DNA from: Fidelibacterota bacterium
Lineage (GTDB): Bacteria > Fidelibacterota > Marinisomatia > Marinisomatales > TCS55
DNA: 24,000 bases
NCBI GenBank assembly: GCA_018651745.1
Contig: JABIDL010000030.1
Coordinates: 3,032 to 27,031, forward strand
Direction of reading: 5' to 3'
Part shown: positions 17,779 to 24,000 of the stretch, piece by piece
Layout of the letters: each line of letters begins with the position of its first letter
Numbering within the stretch: the first letter of the stretch is position 1
The notes under the pieces: generated by a model
Databases searched by the model: none
Told to the model about the DNA's origin: nothing
Seen by the model: the letters and a program-made list of their open reading frames with translations, nothing else
Translations under genes and position numbers: made by a program

Positions 17779-18830
17779 TTCTTGGATTGGATGTAGGAAG
17801 GCAGGTTATCAAAACTGTTACTGTGGAAAAACAGCGATCCGGAGGATATAAACTTCTCCATGTAGCTCAACGGCTTATTCCGGAACAGCATAAAGCGTAT
17901 GACCCGGAAGCTGTAAGTCGTCCCATTGTTGTGATGGCAATAAAAGAAATCCTGAAACAGCAAAAAATAAATCCGAAACGTGTGCGAAATCTTGTAAGCA
18001 ATATCAACGGCACCAATGTCAGTGTTCGTCAAATCATGACAATGGATATGGCGACGGAAGAATTGCAATCAGCGCTCACTTTTGAGGCAAGAAAGCATAT
18101 TCCGATGGATGGCACAGATGCGGTCATTGATTTTCAAATCTTCGGCCAAAATCCCAATGAAGTGGATAAAATTGATGTTGGTATGGTCGCTTGTACGAAG
18201 CGCGTTTTGAATGGACATTTGGATTTATTAAAAGAATCCGGGTTTAAACCGGGAATCGTTGATACAGATCCCATTGCACTTTCTAATGCGTTTGTGTTAC
18301 ACCACGATTTCCCTGAAGAGGGTGTGATTGTGTTATTAGACATCGGTGCTGTATCCAGTTCCTTGGTGGTTTGGGGACAAAAAGACCAATTTTTTACACG
18401 AGACATTCCGGTAGGTGGACACTTGTTTGTAAAAGGATTATCAGATGTACGAAAAATGGATTATATAACGGCGCAAGATGAATTGTACAAAGATGGCGTG
18501 AATGCTTTTCAAGAAACAAACGGTACGCAGGAAATCGGTCTAGCCGAAACTCAGCGAACGGTTTTTGATAATTTAGTTGAGGATGTTCGAAGGTCACTTC
18601 GGTATTACGCTAAAACAACCAACCAAAGTTTCTTTCAAAAGATTTACCTTACAGGTGGCTGTGCAGGTACTCCCGGTCTTTGTGATTTTATTCAAAGTAA
18701 TTTGAATATTGATGTAGAAATATTTAATCCGTTCGCAACTCTAGATGGAACGGATGGGTTGGATATTTCTAATCCCGGCCAATACGGTGTAGCCGTTGGG
18801 CTTGCCATTCGCGGAGGGGTGGAAGCGTGA
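17775..18830 (+). CDS. pilM: Type IV pilus assembly ATPase-fold protein
   Basis: MILGLDVGRQVIKTVTVEKQ, GIVDTDPIALSNAF, VLLDIGAVSSSLVVW, FTRDIPVGG and IYLTGGCAGTPGL: FtsA/PilM actin-like fold motifs. ATGA-type overlap with the previous gene. Confidence 0.9.
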   Translation: MILGLDVGRQVIKTVTVEKQRSGGYKLLHVAQRLIPEQHKAYDPEAVSRPIVVMAIKEILKQQKINPKRVRNLVSNINGTNVSVRQIMTMDMATEELQSALTFEARKHIPMDGTDAVIDFQIFGQNPNEVDKIDVGMVACTKRVLNGHLDLLKESGFKPGIVDTDPIALSNAFVLHHDFPEEGVIVLLDIGAVSSSLVVWGQKDQFFTRDIPVGGHLFVKGLSDVRKMDYITAQDELYKDGVNAFQETNGTQEIGLAETQRTVFDNLVEDVRRSLRYYAKTTNQSFFQKIYLTGGCAGTPGLCDFIQSNLNIDVEIFNPFATLDGTDGLDISNPGQYGVAVGLAIRGGVEA

Positions 18831-19423
18831 AAAAATTTATCACAATTAACCTGAATCAATCCGAAACAAAGGAAGCACGGATTGAAATCTGGCGTGATCG
18901 CGTTAGATGGGGAATTTTTGGAATGATCATTTTGTTTTTACTGGGTGCAAACATCGGGGTGTGGATGATTGGGCAGGGATATCGCACACTAATTGAACAA
19001 AAACAATCTGAAATAACTCAAGTTAAAGAAGACATAAATAATCTTCGGAAAAAAGGAAAAAACCTATCTAAAGATGACATCATTTCCTTGGCAGATTTAG
19101 AGGGTAACAGATATCTGTGGGCGCGCTATCTTGAATTGCTGGGTGAAATGACTCCCGAAGATATGGCTTTGACAGGGCTAAAATACCGTAATAAGAAAAT
19201 GATTATTGAAGGGATTGGTGTTATTTATCAAGATGAGGAACAAAAATTTGAAATTGTGTACAATTTTATAAATACACTGAAACAAAATCGCGATTTTTCG
19301 GATAATTTTAGCAGAATCAAATTTGATCAAGGTTCGCGAAAAAAAGTTCGCGGGCAGGACATTTATGAGTTTAGAATTGAAGCAACGCTGAAGCCTGGCG
19401 GAAGGACACTGAAGTCATCATGA
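18827..19423 (+). CDS. pilN: PilN-like inner-membrane assembly protein
   Basis: FITINLNQSETKEARIEIWRDRVRWGIFGMIILFLLGANIGVW single TM plus coiled-coil; position between pilM and a PilO-like gene. Confidence 0.75.
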   Translation: MKKFITINLNQSETKEARIEIWRDRVRWGIFGMIILFLLGANIGVWMIGQGYRTLIEQKQSEITQVKEDINNLRKKGKNLSKDDIISLADLEGNRYLWARYLELLGEMTPEDMALTGLKYRNKKMIIEGIGVIYQDEEQKFEIVYNFINTLKQNRDFSDNFSRIKFDQGSRKKVRGQDIYEFRIEATLKPGGRTLKSS

Positions 19424-19989
19424 AACAACGAAATACAATGTTATTCTTTGTGCTAATCGGGTTATCGGCTGTTTTTTGGCTTAACCTGAAATTTTCAATT
19501 TCTGATCATCCTGTAACAATGCTGGATTTGGAAGATGAACAGGAAGAATTAAATGAGCAGCTGATTAGTGCACAAATTTTAGCCAGTAAGCTAGATAGAG
19601 TCTATACCCTGTTTGATGAAAATTTAGCGATAGGAATTGCAGACTCAATTGCGGAAGATGCATCTATGCCCTTCTTACAGAATTTGACTGAAATGATGAA
19701 TGATTTAGGTGTAACTCTGATGAATATCAAACCCAAACCGCGTGAAAAAAGAGAAAACTATTTCAGTGCTCCATACGAATTACTGTTAAAATGTAATTTT
19801 GATCAGTTGGGAAAATTTGTTGCTGAAATTGAACGATCACCGAGATTAATTACAATTGATGAATTTCTAGTAAAAAATGGGATTGAACGTGTGAAAACAA
19901 CAACCTCAGAAGCAGATTTAAAAGAGCAAATTGTTGAGCTTCATCTATCCACTTTAACTTTGGTTAAATCTAAAGGATCATCGTCATGA
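19420..19989 (+). CDS. pilO: PilO-like inner-membrane assembly protein
   Basis: Single N-terminal TM (TMLFFVLIGLSAVFWLNLKF), coiled-coil, then a small C-terminal domain (YFSAPYELLLKCNFDQLGKFVAEIERSPRLITIDEF) typical of PilO. Confidence 0.75.
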   Translation: MKQRNTMLFFVLIGLSAVFWLNLKFSISDHPVTMLDLEDEQEELNEQLISAQILASKLDRVYTLFDENLAIGIADSIAEDASMPFLQNLTEMMNDLGVTLMNIKPKPREKRENYFSAPYELLLKCNFDQLGKFVAEIERSPRLITIDEFLVKNGIERVKTTTSEADLKEQIVELHLSTLTLVKSKGSSS

Positions 19990-20516
19990 GTAGAGAAAGA
20001 ACCGTTTGGGCTTTACTGCTGATCTTGAGTACCCTTTCAATCGGGATAATGGCGTACAAAGTGGCCCCGCTCAATACCAAATGGTCCGGGGCAAAAGAAA
20101 GAGCAGAACAGATTCAGTTCGGTACAGATGAGGAACTTGAAAAAGTGATTGAATTTTTAGAAACAAGACTATTAAATCGCAGTCAATACCAGTTTGCCTT
20201 GGATGAAGAACCGATGCGTCTTACCAATGTATTGTACCTCACAGACGCATACGGTCGTCCCATGCGATATCGAAAAACTGGGAAACTTCGTGTTACAGCA
20301 ATCATCGATGGATCTACCCAAAGAGCCATTGTTAATTATCGTGATAGGAATTTTGTAGTGACTGTAGGCGACTCTGTTGCCAAGGGTGAAGTAGTATGGA
20401 TTGATGCCGAAGAAGTGGTTATTATTTCAGAGAATAAAGAAATCCATTATAGGGTATCTGGACTAAGTGTAGAAGAGGATGTATCCTCAAAAAACGGACA
20501 GAGGAGAGAATATTGA
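19986..20516 (+). CDS. PilP-position small membrane-anchored protein
   Basis: N-term TM VWALLLILSTLSIGIMAYKV; C-terminal small beta domain YGRPMRYRKTGKLRVTAIIDGSTQRAIVNYRDRNFVVTVGDSVAKGEVVWIDAEEVVI resembles a PilP-like fold. Sequence similarity not verified. Confidence 0.55.
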   Translation: MSRERTVWALLLILSTLSIGIMAYKVAPLNTKWSGAKERAEQIQFGTDEELEKVIEFLETRLLNRSQYQFALDEEPMRLTNVLYLTDAYGRPMRYRKTGKLRVTAIIDGSTQRAIVNYRDRNFVVTVGDSVAKGEVVWIDAEEVVIISENKEIHYRVSGLSVEEDVSSKNGQRREY

Positions 20517-20517
20517 T

Positions 20518-22014
20518 ATGAAACGGCTGATTGCAATCATGTGTATCGGGATACTGGGTTCCATATTACCCGCACAGAAAAATACAGAGAAAAATATTGG
20601 AACTGTTTCTGCAAAGGAGGCTATGGAACCGACACTGGTAACCATTCATGCCGAAGATGCATTTTTACCGAGTATTCTTGCTATTCTTGCCAGCGAAAGC
20701 GGATATAATATCGTTACAGATCCCAATGTGAACCGGCAGGATAAAATTACAATTCATCTTGATGCTGTCCCTATTGAACAGGCAATAAATCTTGTAGTTC
20801 GAGCTGTGGGCTTGAGTTATGAAGTTGTCGGAAATTCTTTTTTGATTGCAGAACCAAAAAAATTAGCCGAAGAGGTTGGTATTACATCTCATGTGGTGGA
20901 ATTAAAGTATTCCGATGCGCTTGAAGTCAAAGAATTATTGAAAGATTTGACAGAACAAATTCAAGTGGATGTTTCCGGGAATAAATTATTGGTGAATGCA
21001 TCGCCGAAAAAAATCGCTGAAATTGAAGAAGTGATTCGCGAAATTGATATTCCGGCAATTCAGATTATGCTAGAAACCAGGTTGATTGAAGTAGCAATGG
21101 ACGAGGAACAGAAAAACGGAATTGATTGGTCAAGACTCGCGAAATATACCACAATCCTTGCTGAAAGCGGCACACCTCCACACGGCGTAACCGGGGCCGG
21201 AAGCATCATTCCTGGATTGGGCCAAACCCCAAACGATGCCGGTACGGGAGTTGTGGAAGAATACGGCGATATGCCTTTTGAACAACTTCCAGCTGATATG
21301 CCATTCAACCGCCTCTACTACACCGATGCCAATGACCAAAGTATTCTGCCCACAAAATTCAGCCGCCAATTAACGGCATTTGATGTGACCCTTGATTTAT
21401 TAATGAAAGAGAACAAAGCAGAAGTATTGGCAAATTCAAAATTGGTTACGCTTAACGGGAGAGAAGCCTATATAAAAATGATTGACATTGTACCGTATAT
21501 TTTAAGTTCGGGCGGTGTGGGCGGACAGGTTCAGGTTCAGCGTGAGGAAGTTGGAATAAAACTGACGATTAAACCCAAAATAAACACAGATGGATACATT
21601 ACAGTAAAGGTAGAACCTGAGGTTTCGTCTATTTTTGAATTTATTGGACCGGACAACAACATCCCGCGGGTTAAAAGCAGGCTTTCTTCAACCACAATTC
21701 GGGTGCGAGATGGAGAATCTATCATTATTGGTGGACTGATTAGTAAAGATAAAACAGTTACGGAATATAAAGTCCCTTACTTAAATAAAATCCCGCTGCT
21801 GGGTAAAAAGCTGTTTACCAGTTCTTCTATGACAGACAGAACAACCGACCTTATTATTCAAATAACTCCAACGGTTGTTAAAGATAACTATACAGGAATA
21901 CTAAAGCGCCAAGACATGATTGAACTTGAAGAAACTGTTATTCAATTGAAAGAAATAGATTCAGATGAAGCTGAAACTGAATCGCAAGAAGAGGAAAAAT
22001 CTAATGAAGAATAA
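20518..22014 (+). CDS. pilQ: Type IV pilus secretin
   Basis: ATG at 20518 with signal peptide MKRLIAIMCIGILGSILPAQ; STN/N-domain LASESGYNIVTDPNVNRQDKITIHLDAVPIEQAINLVVRAVGLSYEVVGNSFLI; secretin core VGIKLTIKPKINTDGYITVKVEPEVSSI and GESIIIGGLISKDKTVTEYKVPYLNKIPLLGKKLFTS. Confidence 0.93.
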   Translation: MKRLIAIMCIGILGSILPAQKNTEKNIGTVSAKEAMEPTLVTIHAEDAFLPSILAILASESGYNIVTDPNVNRQDKITIHLDAVPIEQAINLVVRAVGLSYEVVGNSFLIAEPKKLAEEVGITSHVVELKYSDALEVKELLKDLTEQIQVDVSGNKLLVNASPKKIAEIEEVIREIDIPAIQIMLETRLIEVAMDEEQKNGIDWSRLAKYTTILAESGTPPHGVTGAGSIIPGLGQTPNDAGTGVVEEYGDMPFEQLPADMPFNRLYYTDANDQSILPTKFSRQLTAFDVTLDLLMKENKAEVLANSKLVTLNGREAYIKMIDIVPYILSSGGVGGQVQVQREEVGIKLTIKPKINTDGYITVKVEPEVSSIFEFIGPDNNIPRVKSRLSSTTIRVRDGESIIIGGLISKDKTVTEYKVPYLNKIPLLGKKLFTSSSMTDRTTDLIIQITPTVVKDNYTGILKRQDMIELEETVIQLKEIDSDEAETESQEEEKSNEE

Positions 22015-24000
22015 TTATAAAATTCTCACTCCATTGTTGTCAGGATTTTTACTATTTGTTACGTGCGATGAACAAAATCCTGTGGATTCGAGTGGAAGCG
22101 GATCCGGCGCAGAAGGGGCAAAATATACGCTTACACTTTCTATGCAACCCATGGCAACCGATTCCCTAGGGAATTTTGTAAGTGTTGGGGAAGATTTTGC
22201 CGGAACTCAAGCAAGTTCTCCGTTCACGTATTTAACTGCTGCGCTAACAGATACTGCAGGTTTGGCTGTGTCGGAAAAACTTATCAGTTTCAAAGCAGAA
22301 GTTGGTGGATCTGAATTTGGTAGTTTTGATTTATCTTCTGATTATACCAATGCTACAGGAATTGTAAATGTCAAATTTTATGATGGAAGTAGTAGTGCAT
22401 ATGATAATTCAGCAACCCAGGTTTATGAAGGTGTGAAAGTGACAGCATCCTTTATTGCAACAGAAGGTAGCACGGATGATATTGTTACAGCTTCATCACA
22501 ATTTAGCGTATTTGATACATCTGCAGTTACCTTATGGCCATACAGTTTACTCTTTAACTCAGATAAAGAATCTATTAATCTTGGGGGAGACGCTAAAGCG
22601 ACGTTGGAAGCGAAAGTTTTAGCCAAGAGAAACAATACGCCGGTTCAGGGCGCTGATATCTTCTTTTATTCCAAGGATGATAAAGGACTTTTTGCAGATA
22701 ACTATAAAGCAACAGACTCGTCCGGAACGGCTTCCACAACATTCGAAGATACAGGGAATCCTGAAGAAGTTGGAGTCATTACATTAAGAGTTGCATTTGA
22801 TCACCCCAATTTTGGAACAGTTTGGGATTCAATCAGCATTACCATTGTCGATACAACGTATAGTGGAGTGCCTGCATATATTGAAATCCCGCCTGTGAAT
22901 CCAGGTGAATTAATTATTGTTGGTGGGGGTGGAATTGAATCAACCAATTTGAAGGCAAATGTTTATGATGAAAATGGTATTTTAGTAAATGAGCCAACTT
23001 TGGTTACTTTTACACTTGGCCCGAATATACCTGAAGGTGCGAACCTTAATAACGCAGGAACAACCGATACAGCTTATACTATTAATGGAGTTGCTACTGT
23101 ATCTTTAAACAGCGGGACCGGCCCCGGCCCTGTTCGGGTCACAGCAACGGTTTCTTATGACACTTCTTTTATTTCATCAAATGCTGTTCCGGTTATTATC
23201 GCTACCGGCCCTGCAATGAGTATTTTTCCGGATTATGATTTAAATGATGTTACACCAATTGGCGCTGGCTTTTATGAAATGCAGGTTGCTGCAATGGTGT
23301 ATGATCTGTGGAACAACCCTGTAGCGGATAGCACCTATGTGTATTGGTCCATGGCTATTTCCGGCGAAGACCTTGATGGAGTTCTTGCAGCACAAATTGA
23401 AGGTGTAAGTTTTACAGGAAATATGAATAAAGATGAAAATGCGTTCCCGGGAATGGCGTTCTCAACAATTATTTTCCCAAGCGGAGATATGCTTAGCAAT
23501 GCGGTGGTTACCTCATTGTGTTTTGGTGGGGATTTAAATAATGATGGTGTGTATGGAGATACTGTTATGGCCAGCGTTGACGATGGTGTAGTGTTGCCGT
23601 TTTATGAAGGTTCGAATGGATCGCTGACCATATTCGTGAGCGCAACGTATTTTGATTTTACTGTAAGTGGTACCCCTGCAACTATCACTGCGACCGCAAG
23701 ATTGTTAGATCATTATGCAAATCCGATTAAAGATGCGAGAATTTTATTTTCAGCATCAGCGGCAACTTCATACTCTGAATATGGGGAAACGCATTCAGAT
23801 GATGGGTGGGGCCCAACAAGCACAGGTGGCGGCGATGGCTGTTTTAGTTGGTTTGATGTAAATGAAAATTCGTGGCCAGATACAGGTGAAACATGGACAG
23901 AAACGTACACCGATTCGGATGGAAATGGTTTCTGGACTGGTTACCCCCATATTGTACAATGTGGAAATCCAATTGTGCGTACCGATGCAGATGGATATAC
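22004..24000 (+). CDS. Large lipoprotein with Ig-like (invasin/Big_1-type) repeats, truncated by window end
   Basis: Not in the supplied ORF track because it has no stop in the window. ATG 22004 (overlaps the pilQ C-term) gives MKNNYKILTPLLSGFLLFVTCDEQNPVDSSG (lipobox-like LFVTC), then repeated segments such as ATLEAKVLAKRNNTPVQGADIFFYSKDDKGLFADNYKATDSSGTASTTF. The open frame continues to the window edge. Confidence 0.8.
   Translation, partial: MKNNYKILTPLLSGFLLFVTCDEQNPVDSSGSGSGAEGAKYTLTLSMQPMATDSLGNFVSVGEDFAGTQASSPFTYLTAALTDTAGLAVSEKLISFKAEVGGSEFGSFDLSSDYTNATGIVNVKFYDGSSSAYDNSATQVYEGVKVTASFIATEGSTDDIVTASSQFSVFDTSAVTLWPYSLLFNSDKESINLGGDAKATLEAKVLAKRNNTPVQGADIFFYSKDDKGLFADNYKATDSSGTASTTFEDTGNPEEVGVITLRVAFDHPNFGTVWDSISITIVDTTYSGVPAYIEIPPVNPGELIIVGGGGIESTNLKANVYDENGILVNEPTLVTFTLGPNIPEGANLNNAGTTDTAYTINGVATVSLNSGTGPGPVRVTATVSYDTSFISSNAVPVIIATGPAMSIFPDYDLNDVTPIGAGFYEMQVAAMVYDLWNNPVADSTYVYWSMAISGEDLDGVLAAQIEGVSFTGNMNKDENAFPGMAFSTIIFPSGDMLSNAVVTSLCFGGDLNNDGVYGDTVMASVDDGVVLPFYEGSNGSLTIFVSATYFDFTVSGTPATITATARLLDHYANPIKDARILFSASAATSYSEYGETHSDDGWGPTSTGGGDGCFSWFDVNENSWPDTGETWTETYTDSDGNGFWTGYPHIVQCGNPIVRTDADGY

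Noticed and set aside
1-24000. CRISPR arrays, tRNA or rRNA genes, prophage or restriction-defence genes
   Set aside because: None recognised by eye. No regularly spaced repeats, no cloverleaf-like sequences noticed, and no defence-family motifs. A tRNAscan/Infernal run would be needed to exclude small RNAs fully.

Overview
The 24 kb window looks like chromosomal DNA from a Gram-negative marine or environmental bacterium. Gene style and signal peptides suggest something Marinimicrobia-like, but that is inference only. Nearly all genes are on the + strand and tightly packed, with many ATGA/TGATG overlaps. Layout: (i) 1-3690, a probable metal-handling group (partial cation-transporter-like protein, membrane hydrolase-like protein, outer-membrane 'transporter'-like protein, HMA-domain lipoprotein, BNR/sialidase-like exported protein with a CECC motif); (ii) 3766-6524, two exported TPR proteins, the first with an extreme Lys-rich tract; (iii) ispG, two small unknown genes, comM, and a RAYT/Y1 transposase-like gene overlapping comM; (iv) an FMN reductase, a prolyl-aminopeptidase-like hydrolase and a ferredoxin reductase-like oxidoreductase; (v) 13119-24000, a type IV pilus operon (pilin, pilT, pilV/pilW-like minor prepilins, a large PilX-like protein, pilM, N, O, P-like, pilQ), running into a large Ig-like-repeat lipoprotein cut by the window edge. 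The most interesting signal is in the gene at 1134-2123. Its reading frame is intact for 330 codons except for two TGA codons spaced as TGA-Pro-Leu-TGA directly after a signal peptide. They are followed by a hairpin with a GGTC loop, 17 nt after the second TGA, resembling a bacterial SECIS element. This is a candidate previously undescribed UxxU selenoprotein that the ORF track truncates; pseudogene or assembly error remain alternatives.
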